Shown one piece after another: positions 19,136 through 28,633 of a stretch of 64,000 nt of DNA; positions within the stretch are counted from its first letter, which is position 1; each line of letters begins with the position of its first letter. Under the pieces are notes generated by a model, which made no database searches, was not told the origin of the DNA, and worked only from the letters and a program-made list of their open reading frames with translations. Both the position numbers and the translations under genes were made by a program. The DNA is from Deltaproteobacteria bacterium (GTDB taxonomy: Bacteria; Myxococcota_A; Polyangia; Fen-1088), in the NCBI GenBank assembly GCA_033763315.1, contig JANRKS010000008.1, positions 96,001 through 160,000 on the forward strand. Direction: 5' to 3'.

Positions 19136-21076
19136 ATGCGCGGTTTGACGCCTCTTTGTTTTGTCCTGGGTGTGGCTTTGGCGGTGTCGTCCTGCGCGAC
19201 AGGCGCGCGGGCACAGGGTAATGCGGCCGCATCCACGCCGCCCATCGAGCCACCACCGGTAACCGCGCCGGACGGGACTGAGTCCCAGGCCCCGCCGGTG
19301 TCTGGCGTTGAGGCGAGCAGCGGTGCCGAGGCGGACTTTCAGCTCGCCACCACGAAGCATCTGTCAGGGGACCTGGCAGGCGCAAAGGCCCTGGCATTGG
19401 AGCTGCGTGGGCAACCGGCCGTGCGCGAGCGCGCCAACGCCCTGCTGGCTTTGGTGTTCTTGGAGCAAGGCGATCCGGCGCAGGCTCGACGAACCTTGAC
19501 GCCTGGTCCGGCCGCCGCGAGCGCCACGAATTTTCTAGCCGCCGTGGCCGACGCGCGGCTTGGCCAAGCTGCGGCGGCGTGGCCCACGCTTGCCCCCTTG
19601 CTTCGCGCGGAGGCGCCGCTGGTGCCTGGGCTCACAGCGGACGTCGCCACGGCCATGTTATTTGTGGCGGGCGCCGAAAGCGCCGCGGGCACAGGACACG
19701 TCAGCGACGCTTTGCAAGCATGGCAACGTTATGCGGACACGGGACGACCTGCAGAAAAAGCTTTTGCTCTGCGCAGGGCCGAAGCGGGTGTGGCAGCGCT
19801 CAGTGAGAAGGACGCGTTGGTGCTTTACCAAAACAGCCGCAGCAATCTGTCACGGGTTGTGCTGGCATCCAAGGCGGCTGTGGCGCTCGCAGGCAGCGGC
19901 CAAGCGGAGGCGGCACGCAAGGCCACCGAAGAAGCGGCCTCGCTGCGACGGGAGTTCGACAACACAGCCACGACCGGCGCGGCCGTGTGGGCCGGCACGG
20001 GCGATCCGGGGCGCTTGGGTCTATCGATTCCACTTTCGGGCAAAGGGCAACCATTGGGCTTGGCCATCACGCGCGGTGCGGTGGTAGCCATTGGAACGCC
20101 ATCCAGCAACAAGGATGTGGGTCCCGCGCAAGTGATGGTGCGAGACACCGCGGGCCGTGGGGGTCCGTTAACAGCCGCCACTGAGCTCGCTCGCGAAGAG
20201 GCTGTGCTGGGCGTCGTGGGCTTGGCCGATGCGGCCACGATCGAACAAATGTCCCGCGATGGTGTGCCCTACTTGGTTATGGGTGGCGCAAATCCCGGTG
20301 CACAAACCACGTCGTTCCAATTGGTGCACGGGAGTGAAGCGCGAATCCGGGCGCTGGCAGATCTGGCCCAAGCGCGCGGGATTCGCTCGTTTGCGATGCT
20401 GGCGCCTGACAACGACAGCGGCCGTCGTGCATGTGAGACGTTTCGGCAAGCGGTGGCCGCCACGCGCGGGCAAGTGGTTGCAGAAGCAAAGTATCCACCC
20501 AACGCCACGGCGTTCACCAAGGAAGTGGAAGCGTTGAAGAAGCAACGTTGGGAGGCGCTGTTCGTGCCCGACAGTGCTGACAAACTTGAACTGATAGGGC
20601 CTGCGTTGGCGGTGGCCGATCTGTGGGCGCAGCCCACGGCTAGTGTGGTGGCGGCGGCCAAAGAGAAGCCGAAGCGTGGTGCAAGCAAGCGCAACATCTT
20701 AATGCTTTCCACCGCCGCTGGCGTTTCGAAGAAAACGTTGGACCACGCTGGACGGTATTTGCAGGGCGCTTTGCTGGCGCCCGGCTATCACCCTGATCCA
20801 GATCAACCTTCGGCCGCGCGCTTTGTGAACGAGTTCCGCGGGCTTTACGGTCGCGATCCAGGCGCGAGCGATGCGTATGGCTTTGATGGCGTTCACTTGT
20901 TGAGAGCATGCGTTGAGCGCGGGGCACGCAGCCGCGCGGATGTATTGCGTATCTTGGCCAGCGGCGTGGAATTTCCAGGCGTCACAGGCAGCTTGCGGTT
21001 TGGGCCGGATCACGGGCGCATGGATCGCGCGCTTATTTACGAGGTAAGCGACGATCGCATTCGCGCGCAGCCTTAG
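19136..21076 (+). CDS. LpoA/LppC-like lipoprotein (TPR-like helical region plus type I periplasmic-binding-protein domain)
   Basis: Lipobox VSSC and an Ala-rich helical region. The C-terminal domain has LGLSIPLSG, VRDT, EALFVPDS, YGFDG and FPGVTGSLRF. Confidence 0.75.
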   Translation: MRGLTPLCFVLGVALAVSSCATGARAQGNAAASTPPIEPPPVTAPDGTESQAPPVSGVEASSGAEADFQLATTKHLSGDLAGAKALALELRGQPAVRERANALLALVFLEQGDPAQARRTLTPGPAAASATNFLAAVADARLGQAAAAWPTLAPLLRAEAPLVPGLTADVATAMLFVAGAESAAGTGHVSDALQAWQRYADTGRPAEKAFALRRAEAGVAALSEKDALVLYQNSRSNLSRVVLASKAAVALAGSGQAEAARKATEEAASLRREFDNTATTGAAVWAGTGDPGRLGLSIPLSGKGQPLGLAITRGAVVAIGTPSSNKDVGPAQVMVRDTAGRGGPLTAATELAREEAVLGVVGLADAATIEQMSRDGVPYLVMGGANPGAQTTSFQLVHGSEARIRALADLAQARGIRSFAMLAPDNDSGRRACETFRQAVAATRGQVVAEAKYPPNATAFTKEVEALKKQRWEALFVPDSADKLELIGPALAVADLWAQPTASVVAAAKEKPKRGASKRNILMLSTAAGVSKKTLDHAGRYLQGALLAPGYHPDPDQPSAARFVNEFRGLYGRDPGASDAYGFDGVHLLRACVERGARSRADVLRILASGVEFPGVTGSLRFGPDHGRMDRALIYEVSDDRIRAQP

Positions 21077-21125
21077 GAGCTGTGGAGCCCGCGCCACAAC
21101 GAACATCGCCAAGGTGCTTTCCTAG

Positions 21126-21257
21126 CGCCTGCGAAGCCGATACCTTGTGGCCCGCAACCTCGCCGACAGCTATGGCCCGCGACGGGTCGAAGCCGGGTCC
21201 TATTTCGTCATCGGAGACAACCGCGACACCAGCAACGATTCACGGGTCTGGGGCCCG
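21126..21257 (+). pseudogene. Signal peptidase I C-terminal fragment
   Basis: Translates to ...SYGPRRVEAGSYFVIGDNRDTSNDSRVWGP, the SPase I box E. An in-frame TAG lies at 21123 and the catalytic Ser/Lys boxes are absent. Confidence 0.7.
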
Positions 21258-21324
21258 TGCTTGAGGCTCTGCACGAAAAATTTTCGCGCGAGGGCCACAC
21301 CAGACGTTGCCGTCGGGTTAAGCT

Positions 21325-22224
21325 GTGTTCATGTTCAAGCGAAGAGCAACGGTATGGGTGTTGCCGCTGGTTCTCAGCGGGTGCGGGACGGGGCGCAAAT
21401 CGCAGTGGGAAACCCCACAGCCGCCAGCGGCAACAGTGGCACAAACGAAAACCGCCGAGCCAGCGAACGACGCGGGCGCCGCAGCGGAGAACAGCTGGCA
21501 ACGCAGGTCATCCAAGGCGGCTTTGCAAGACGCCGTCGCCCGCTGGGAATCGATCCTCGCGGCCAACCCCGCCGATGGTGCTACTTGGGCAAAAATCTCG
21601 CGGGCCTACTATTTCCTTGCCGATGGTTATCTGCGAACCGACCCCAAGTCGGATGCTTACCTCGACACTTTTGAGAAGGGAACCGGCGCAGGCGAGCGCG
21701 CGCTGGCGGCCATCAGCCCCGAGTTTAAAGCGCGTGTGGTCAAGGGTGATGACGTGGAGGACGCGATCAAAGTGGTGGGCCCTGAGGGGCTTGCGGCCAT
21801 GTATTGGTACGCCGTGAACTTAAGCAAATGGTCAAGGGCCAAGGGTTTGGCCGCGTTGCTGGGGAATAAAGAACGGGTCAAAAGCGTCGTATCGAGAGTG
21901 CTTGAACTTGACGAGACGTTCTTTCACGGCGCCCCTCATCGCTATTTTGGCGCTTATTGGGCCCTGGTGCCCGTCGGCCGCGACCTGGAGAAAAGCAAAC
22001 AGCATTTCGACAAGAGCCTGGCGCTCGCGCCTCATTACGCGGGAACGAAGGTGCTGATGGCCGAAAGCTACGCCGTGAAAAAGCAAGACAAGGCGCTCTT
22101 TCTCAAACTTCTCGATGAGGTGCTGGCCATGCCCGAAGATGCGATCGCCGATCTGGTGCCCGAAACGCGCGTTGAAAAAGACAAAGCCCGAGAACTAAAG
22201 GCGAAGGTCGATGAGCTCTTTTAG
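21325..22224 (+). CDS. TRAP-T associated TatT-family lipoprotein
   Basis: Lipobox LSGC and a TPR-like helical sequence (LELDETFFHGAPHRYFG...SKQHFDKSL). It lies directly upstream of dctP. Confidence 0.78.
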   Translation: MFMFKRRATVWVLPLVLSGCGTGRKSQWETPQPPAATVAQTKTAEPANDAGAAAENSWQRRSSKAALQDAVARWESILAANPADGATWAKISRAYYFLADGYLRTDPKSDAYLDTFEKGTGAGERALAAISPEFKARVVKGDDVEDAIKVVGPEGLAAMYWYAVNLSKWSRAKGLAALLGNKERVKSVVSRVLELDETFFHGAPHRYFGAYWALVPVGRDLEKSKQHFDKSLALAPHYAGTKVLMAESYAVKKQDKALFLKLLDEVLAMPEDAIADLVPETRVEKDKARELKAKVDELF

Positions 22225-23242
22225 CCCGAAAGTGAAGCGTCGTCGGCTGCTAGCTGCCGGCGCAGGCGTTGGGGTGGGTACGCTGTTGCCGCGAGCACAG
22301 GCGCAAACCACCTTCACGCTGAAGCTGGCGACGGTTGCGCCTGAGGGCACGCCTTGGGCCGAGCAAGTCGCGGAGTACAGCAAGAAAGTGCAGGCCGAAT
22401 CCAACGGGCGGCTGCGCATCAAGGCGTTCTTGGGCGGGGCGCTCGGGGACGAGATTCAAACCATCGGTGAGTGTCGCCGCGGCTCGATTGGGATGTGGGG
22501 CGGCACCACGGGATCGCTGGCTTCATCGGTGCCTGAGATATCCGTACTGGAGCTGCCCTATCTGTTTCGATCGGCGCAAGAGGCAGATCACATCCTTGAT
22601 AAGGTGCTGGCAGAAGAGCTGCGCAGGCGTCTTCTGGCACGCGGCTTTGTGGTGGTGCTGTGGTCTGAAAATGGCTTTCGATCGTTCGGCACAAAATGGG
22701 GACCCATTCGCGCGCCTGGTGATTTGCAGGGCCACAAAATGCGATCGCAAGAAAGCCTGGTGCACCTCGAAACTTACCGCGCGTTGGGGGCATTGCCGCA
22801 ACCCATTGCCATCACGGAGGTTTTGCCGGCCCTGCAAACGGGCGTGGTGGATGGCTTCGACAACACGCCGCTATACACCTTTGCAGCGTCGTGGCACTTG
22901 GCGATCAAGCATTTCACATTATCGCAGCACATTTATCAGCCCGGGCTGATTCTGCTTTCAAAGAAGGAATACGATAAGCTGCCGCCCAATCTGCAGAAGA
23001 TCCTCACCAGCGATCTAGATAAGATCACAATGAATGGGCGAGCCGCGGTCCGAGAGATGGATCCCCTGCTGTTGCAGAATTTCAACGCGGCCAAGATCCC
23101 CGTGTACACGCCGTCGGCGGCCGAGCGGGCGGCGCTGGCCAAAGCAACCTCGGTGGTTGAACAGAAACTTGTGAAGGCGGTGCCCACCGTGAAGCCTTTG
23201 CTGGCGTCGATCAAGAAAGCCCTGGGGTCACGCAAAGGATGA
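22211..23242 (+). CDS. dctP: TRAP transporter substrate-binding protein
   Basis: Tat-like signal KRRRLL. Motifs LKLATVAPEGTPW, LGDE, ELPYLF, ENGFR and LQTGVVDG. Confidence 0.9.
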   Translation: MSSFSPKVKRRRLLAAGAGVGVGTLLPRAQAQTTFTLKLATVAPEGTPWAEQVAEYSKKVQAESNGRLRIKAFLGGALGDEIQTIGECRRGSIGMWGGTTGSLASSVPEISVLELPYLFRSAQEADHILDKVLAEELRRRLLARGFVVVLWSENGFRSFGTKWGPIRAPGDLQGHKMRSQESLVHLETYRALGALPQPIAITEVLPALQTGVVDGFDNTPLYTFAASWHLAIKHFTLSQHIYQPGLILLSKKEYDKLPPNLQKILTSDLDKITMNGRAAVREMDPLLLQNFNAAKIPVYTPSAAERAALAKATSVVEQKLVKAVPTVKPLLASIKKALGSRKG

Positions 23243-24003
23243 GCGACGAACGCGGCGGGGCGCGACGGTCGTTGATGCGTCTTGAAGCCCTTGTGACGGC
23301 GTTCGAGCGCGGGCTGATCATCGTTTTATTGGCCACCATGGCGGGTGCGGTGTTTCTGGACGCGCTTCATCGCATCTTCGCTGCAAAATCTGGCCGCACG
23401 GAGCGGCTTGTGGCGGCCATTCTGCCGGCGGCTTCCGGTGCGTTGTCACAGGTCATTGCACCCACGCTTTTGGCTTTGGGCAGCTTCGGTGTTGTGTACG
23501 CAGCCTTGCGCACACGGCAGCAAGGTGTGGGTGCACGCAAACGTTCGCTGTTGATCGCCGCGATCATCACGGTGGCGTTGGTGGCCGGCACACGCTTGCT
23601 GGTGCTGGGCTTGCCCAATGGGCTTGTGTGGTCTCAGCAGATGGCGTTGTGCTTTATGTTGTGGCTGGGCCTTACAGGCGCATCGCTGGCCACCCGCGAA
23701 CACGGCCACATTGTGTTTGAGCTGGCGTCCAAGCTGTGGCCGTCCTCGCTAAAGATGCCCGTGGAGTGGTTGTCACGGCTCTTGGCGGCGGGATTCTCGC
23801 TGTTTTTGGCCTACCTGTCAGTCGTTCACGCGCACGAGCACTACGTGGAATGGGCCACCTCTGACGGCCTCGCCGGCTTGTTCGAAGCCTTCCGCGTGCC
23901 CAAGTGGTTCGTTTACGGCTTCTTCCCCATTCCGCTCACCATCATGGGATTGCGCTTCTTGGCATTTGGTGTGCGTGCGCCCGAGGAGGGCATCACAACA
24001 TGA
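23239..24003 (+). CDS. dctQ: TRAP transporter small permease (extended)
   Basis: Multi-TM protein with WSQQMALCFMLWLGLTGASLATREHGHI, located between dctP and dctM. Confidence 0.82.
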   Translation: MSDERGGARRSLMRLEALVTAFERGLIIVLLATMAGAVFLDALHRIFAAKSGRTERLVAAILPAASGALSQVIAPTLLALGSFGVVYAALRTRQQGVGARKRSLLIAAIITVALVAGTRLLVLGLPNGLVWSQQMALCFMLWLGLTGASLATREHGHIVFELASKLWPSSLKMPVEWLSRLLAAGFSLFLAYLSVVHAHEHYVEWATSDGLAGLFEAFRVPKWFVYGFFPIPLTIMGLRFLAFGVRAPEEGITT

Positions 24004-25481
24004 TCTTGGCACTGGTGCTGTTCGTGCTGCTGGTGCTGGGTGTGCCGCTGTTCGTTGTCATTGGTGTGGCCGCGGCGGTTGCCTTCGGTGTTTACGCGGG
24101 GCACGGCGGTGTTGAGGGGCTTGTGGTGTTGGTGGTGAAGTTGTCCAGCCTCACCACCAAAAACGTCTTTCTCGCGATTCCGTTTTTCATCGTGTCAGGT
24201 GCGGTGATGGGCGCGGGCAGCATCGCGGCTCGCCTTGTTGCTGTGGCCGAGGCGCTGGTGGGCGGCATGCGCGGCGGGTTGGCCGTGGCAGCCCTGTTTG
24301 CCAGCGTGATTTTCGCAGCGTTGAGCGGCTCGTCGCCCGTGACGCTGATAGCGATCGGCGGCATCATGTTTCCGGCGATGCTCAAGGCCGGCTACCGCGA
24401 GCCGTTTGCGCTTGGGTTCGTGACCACCGCAGGCAGCTTGGGTTGCCTTGTGCCCCCTTCCATTCCTATGCTGGTTTACGCCATCAGTGTCACGGGCACC
24501 AGCTCCGTGGATGTGCGCGATCTGTTCTTGGCTGGCTTGGGCGCGGCTTTCGTCGTGGTGTTGATGCTCGCGGTCTACGCCATTTTTGCCGCGGGGCCCG
24601 TGCAGGCCACAGCCGCGTTTTCATGGTCGCGCTTGAAAACCGCGTTGCGTGAAGGTGCGTGGGCGCTGGCGTTGCCCGTTTTGATCTTGGGCGGCATTTA
24701 TGGCGGGTTGTTCACCCCCACCGAAGCCTCCGCGGTGAGCGTGGTTTATGCAGTGGTGGTTGAGGTTTTTATTCATCGCTCGCTGACGCTCGCACAGCTG
24801 CCCCAGGTGATTGTGAAGGCAACCACGCACATGGGCGGCCTGCTGCTGGTGATCGCGCTGTCGCTGGCCGTGAACGACTTTATGGTGGAAGCCGAAGTGG
24901 CTGAAGCGGCCTTGCAGCAGATTCGCGCGTGGGGGCTGGGTGCGATTGGCTTCATGATGGTGGTGAATGTGTTCCTGGTGGTCACGGGCATGTTTATGGA
25001 TTCGATCAGCGCGATCGTTCTGTTTACACCCGTCATTGCGCCGGCCGCTGTAGCGCTGGGAATCGATCCCCTGCATTTGGGCGTGGTGTTCATCGTGAAT
25101 ATGGAGATCGGCTATTTGGCGCCTCCCATTGCCACCAATCTGTTCGTGGCTTCAACCGTGTTCAAGAAGCCGTTCGGTCTGGTGGTGCGTGCTGTCATGC
25201 CTACGCTGTTAATTCTGTGCGCGGGGTTGCTGCTGCTGACCTACGTGCCCACGTTGACAGTTGGGCCGGTGCATGCCCTGCGAGGGGGTGCGTTCTTTCG
25301 GCCGTTTGCCACCACGGCGGCGCCGCCCCCGCAGCAAAATACGCCTACTCAATCCCCTGCGGAGCCAGCACCCGCTCAAGGCAACCGCGTGATGTCGATC
25401 GAAGAAATGATGCGTATCAACCGCGCCAAACGCGAAGCTGCACAACCAGCGAAACAGGTTGAAGCAGCACCCGCGCCCTAG
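24000..25481 (+). CDS. dctM: TRAP transporter large permease
   Basis: ATGA overlap with dctQ. Motifs LAIPFF, GGLA, LSGSS, LVPPSIPM, GGLFTPTEAS, GIDPLHLG and EIGYLAPP. Confidence 0.92.
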   Translation: MILALVLFVLLVLGVPLFVVIGVAAAVAFGVYAGHGGVEGLVVLVVKLSSLTTKNVFLAIPFFIVSGAVMGAGSIAARLVAVAEALVGGMRGGLAVAALFASVIFAALSGSSPVTLIAIGGIMFPAMLKAGYREPFALGFVTTAGSLGCLVPPSIPMLVYAISVTGTSSVDVRDLFLAGLGAAFVVVLMLAVYAIFAAGPVQATAAFSWSRLKTALREGAWALALPVLILGGIYGGLFTPTEASAVSVVYAVVVEVFIHRSLTLAQLPQVIVKATTHMGGLLLVIALSLAVNDFMVEAEVAEAALQQIRAWGLGAIGFMMVVNVFLVVTGMFMDSISAIVLFTPVIAPAAVALGIDPLHLGVVFIVNMEIGYLAPPIATNLFVASTVFKKPFGLVVRAVMPTLLILCAGLLLLTYVPTLTVGPVHALRGGAFFRPFATTAAPPPQQNTPTQSPAEPAPAQGNRVMSIEEMMRINRAKREAAQPAKQVEAAPAP

Positions 25482-25524
25482 TCAGTTGCCTCAGGCTGAT
25501 GAGCCATGCTAAACGGGGTGGGCC

Positions 25525-26736
25525 ATGGACCAGCTCAGCTCCGACCTTGCTTCGCTGCGCATCAGCCGCGACGAGCCCACCGGTCCCTCACGTACGCGTG
25601 GCGTGGCCTTCGTCTTGGTGGGCGTAGCAGCGGTTGCGGCGGTGGGTTACTTTGCGGTCACGGCCATCGGCGCCCGGGTATTCAAGCAGACTGTTGAAGC
25701 CACGACGATCGCGCTGATCTCGCCAAGCCAGGCCGCCATCCAGGTCACGTCCACCGGTTACGTGGTGCCCCAAGTGACCTCCAAGGTGGGCGTGAAGGTG
25801 GCGGGCCGGATCGAAAGCGTGCTGGTCAAAGAAGGCGACGTCGTCAAAAAAGGCGATGTGATCGCCACCTTGGCCAACGCCGAGCAACGCAGCGCCATCA
25901 ACGCGGCTTCGTCACGCGTGTTGGTGGCGCGGGCGCGGATAGAAACGGCGAAGGCAAACTTGGCCGAAGTCACGCGGCAGCTTGAACGCTCGCGCAACCT
26001 CTTGGCAGGCAACGCCGTGCCGCGGGCACAGGTTGAAGACCTAACGGCACGAGCCGAAGCGCTAAGCCAAGCCGAAAAAGCCGCGCGCGCAGAGGCGGTG
26101 GCGTCCGAAGCCGAAGCGCAAACGCTGCGAGTGGCACTAGATGATCGCGTGATCCTGGCTCCCATCGACGGGACGGTTGTGGCCAAACCGGTTGCCGCGG
26201 GTGAAAGCGTAAACCTCTCGTCGTCGGTGGCTGAACTCGCTGACTTTTCAAGCATCGTTGTGGAGACAGATGTGCCGGAAGCCCGCTTAGGCCTGGTTAG
26301 CGTAGGCGCGCCGTGCGAGATCGTGCTCGATGCGTATCCTACGCGTCGCTACCGCGGTGTGGCCTCTGAGATCGGTCGTCGCGTGAACCGAGCCAAAGCC
26401 ACGGTCGTTGTGAAGGTTCGTTTTGAGGACAGCACCGATGGCGTGTTGCCCGAGATGGCTGCACGCGTGAGCTTCCTTCGCGAGAAGTTGTCGGACGCGG
26501 CGCTGCAAGAAAAGCCTAAGAAAGTGGTGGCTAAAGAAGCGATCGTCGAGCGAGACGGGCGCTCAGTTTTGTTCGTCATTGAAAACGGGCAGATCAAAGA
26601 GACGTCCGTACAACTGGGAGACACGGTCGGATCCAGCGTTGAACTCAAAGAGGGTCCCGCAGCTGGCGTGCGCGTGGTGCGAAACCCCACGGCCGAATTA
26701 CGCAGCGGCACCAAGGTAAAAACGTCCGAAGATTAG
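25525..26736 (+). CDS. Efflux periplasmic adaptor (MacA-like membrane fusion protein)
   Basis: N-terminal TM, VKEGDVVKKGDVIATL, a coiled coil, APIDGTV and VLPEMAARVSF. Confidence 0.9.
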   Translation: MDQLSSDLASLRISRDEPTGPSRTRGVAFVLVGVAAVAAVGYFAVTAIGARVFKQTVEATTIALISPSQAAIQVTSTGYVVPQVTSKVGVKVAGRIESVLVKEGDVVKKGDVIATLANAEQRSAINAASSRVLVARARIETAKANLAEVTRQLERSRNLLAGNAVPRAQVEDLTARAEALSQAEKAARAEAVASEAEAQTLRVALDDRVILAPIDGTVVAKPVAAGESVNLSSSVAELADFSSIVVETDVPEARLGLVSVGAPCEIVLDAYPTRRYRGVASEIGRRVNRAKATVVVKVRFEDSTDGVLPEMAARVSFLREKLSDAALQEKPKKVVAKEAIVERDGRSVLFVIENGQIKETSVQLGDTVGSSVELKEGPAAGVRVVRNPTAELRSGTKVKTSED

Positions 26737-26774
26737 GACGACGGCTTTAAGCACAGAAGAACGGAGCTAGCGAC

Positions 26775-27455
26775 ATGAGCACGGATTCCCCCATCGTTTC
26801 CCTCACAGGGATTCGCAAAACCTTCTACCGCGGCAAAGAGCCACTCACCGTTCTTGACGGTCTGACGTTGGAGATCCCCTCGGGGTCATTCGAAGCGCTG
26901 ATGGGGCCATCGGGCTCGGGTAAATCAACTCTGCTGAATCTGATTGCTGGTTTGGATCGCCCTACCCAAGGCACGGCGATCGTAGCTGGCGTGAACATCG
27001 GCGAAAAGAGCGATGGCGAGCTTGCAAAGTTTCGCGCCCGTCACATAGGGTTCATCTTTCAGGCTTACAACTTGATGCCCGTATTGACGGCCCAAGAAAA
27101 TGTTGAGCTGCCCTTGTTGCTCACCAAACTATCGGGCGCCGAGCGAAAAAAGCGCGCACAAACCGCGTTGCGCGTGGTGGGCCTTGAGGAGCGCAGCCAC
27201 CACTACCCCCGGCAGCTCTCCGGTGGGCAAGAACAGCGCGTGGCCATTGCAAGGGCCATCGTCAACGATCCGACCATCATCGTGGCGGACGAACCCACAG
27301 GCGATTTGGATCGCAAAAGCGCCGATGAGATCCTGAACTTGCTTGAACGTTTGAACACGGAATTCAAAAAGACCATCCTGATGGTTACGCACGATCCAGC
27401 CGCCGCCGAACGGGCGCGCGTCACGCGCAAGCTAGACAAAGGCCAGCTGCAATGA
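26775..27455 (+). CDS. ABC transporter ATP-binding protein (LolD/MacB-type)
   Basis: Motifs GPSGSGKST, LSGGQEQRVAIARA, ADEPTG and VTHD. Confidence 0.95.
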   Translation: MSTDSPIVSLTGIRKTFYRGKEPLTVLDGLTLEIPSGSFEALMGPSGSGKSTLLNLIAGLDRPTQGTAIVAGVNIGEKSDGELAKFRARHIGFIFQAYNLMPVLTAQENVELPLLLTKLSGAERKKRAQTALRVVGLEERSHHYPRQLSGGQEQRVAIARAIVNDPTIIVADEPTGDLDRKSADEILNLLERLNTEFKKTILMVTHDPAAAERARVTRKLDKGQLQ

Positions 27456-28621
27456 TCAACCTGCTGCGCATCGCCGCGCGAAATCTTTTGCGCAACAAAA
27501 CGCGCACGGTGCTCACCATCCTCGGCGCCTCCGTTGCGATCATTGCGTTCGTCATGCTTCGCACCGTTTTGTCGGCGTGGTCCACGGCGGCTGATTACGC
27601 AGCCAAGGATCGGATCGCCACCCGCCATAAGGTCAGCTTCGTGATCACGATGCCCAAGAACTACTTGGACCAAGTGCGCGCGGTGCCCGGCGTTTCGGAG
27701 GCCACCTACGCCATTTGGTTCGGCGGCAAGAACCCCAAGAAGCCCGAGCAGTTTTTCGCGACGATCGCGTCTGATCCGGCCTCGATGTTGAGCGTCTACG
27801 ATGAGTTGGTCCTGCCGCCCGATCAAAAGCAGAACTTCCTGGCCGATAAGCAAGGCGCGATTATTGGCGACGTCCTGGCCCGGCAGTTGGGGCTCAAGGT
27901 GGGCGATCGCTTCACGCTTCAAGGCAGCATTTTTCCAGGCGATTGGCCTTTGAACATATCGGGGATCTATACGGCGACGAAGAAGTCGATGGATAGGTCC
28001 AGCTTGTTCTTTCACTATTCATACGTGAACGATTCGTTGCCGCCGGATCGCCAAGACCAAATCGGGTGGATCGCCGCGAGGGTGGCAGACCCCGGGCGCG
28101 GCCCTGAAATCTCGGCGGCCATCGACCGATTATTTGATTCTAAGGACGTTCAAACGGTGACCATGAGCGAACGCGCCATGAACCTGTCTTTTATGGGCAT
28201 GATCAGCTCGTTGTTGCGCGCACTTGATGTCATCTCGATCATCATCTTGGTGATCATGATGATGATCTTGGGCAACACAATCGCGATGGGCGTTCGTGAG
28301 CGCACACGTGAGTATGGTGTGCTGCGCGCAATTGGCTTTCCGCCATCATCGATTGCTTTGTTTGTCATGGGCGAAGCGCTGGTGACTGGCGTTGTAACCG
28401 GTGTGGTGGGTCTTGCCCTTTCTGTGCCGTTGGTTGAACAAGGCTTGGGCCGTTGGCTCGAAGAGAATATGGGCGCTTGGTTCCCCTACTTCCGCATCGA
28501 CACACAGACCTATGTCATGGGCATGGGGTTGGCAATCTTACTGGCCCTGGCTGCGTCCATCATTCCGGCACGCAATGCTTTTCGACTTCAGGTTACCGAC
28601 GCGCTTCGGCGGCTGGTTTAA
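27452..28621 (+). CDS. ABC transporter permease (MacB/FtsX-type)
   Basis: Motifs RNLLRNKTRT and ERTREYGVLRAIGF. 1+3 TM topology. Confidence 0.9.
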   Translation: MINLLRIAARNLLRNKTRTVLTILGASVAIIAFVMLRTVLSAWSTAADYAAKDRIATRHKVSFVITMPKNYLDQVRAVPGVSEATYAIWFGGKNPKKPEQFFATIASDPASMLSVYDELVLPPDQKQNFLADKQGAIIGDVLARQLGLKVGDRFTLQGSIFPGDWPLNISGIYTATKKSMDRSSLFFHYSYVNDSLPPDRQDQIGWIAARVADPGRGPEISAAIDRLFDSKDVQTVTMSERAMNLSFMGMISSLLRALDVISIIILVIMMMILGNTIAMGVRERTREYGVLRAIGFPPSSIALFVMGEALVTGVVTGVVGLALSVPLVEQGLGRWLEENMGAWFPYFRIDTQTYVMGMGLAILLALAASIIPARNAFRLQVTDALRRLV

Positions 28622-28633
28622 GGAAGGTTCGCT

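Noticed and set aside
21147-21674. 175-aa ORF as an intact signal peptidase I
   Set aside because: Only the first ~37 codons resemble SPase I. The rest overlaps tatT out of frame and the catalytic motifs are missing.
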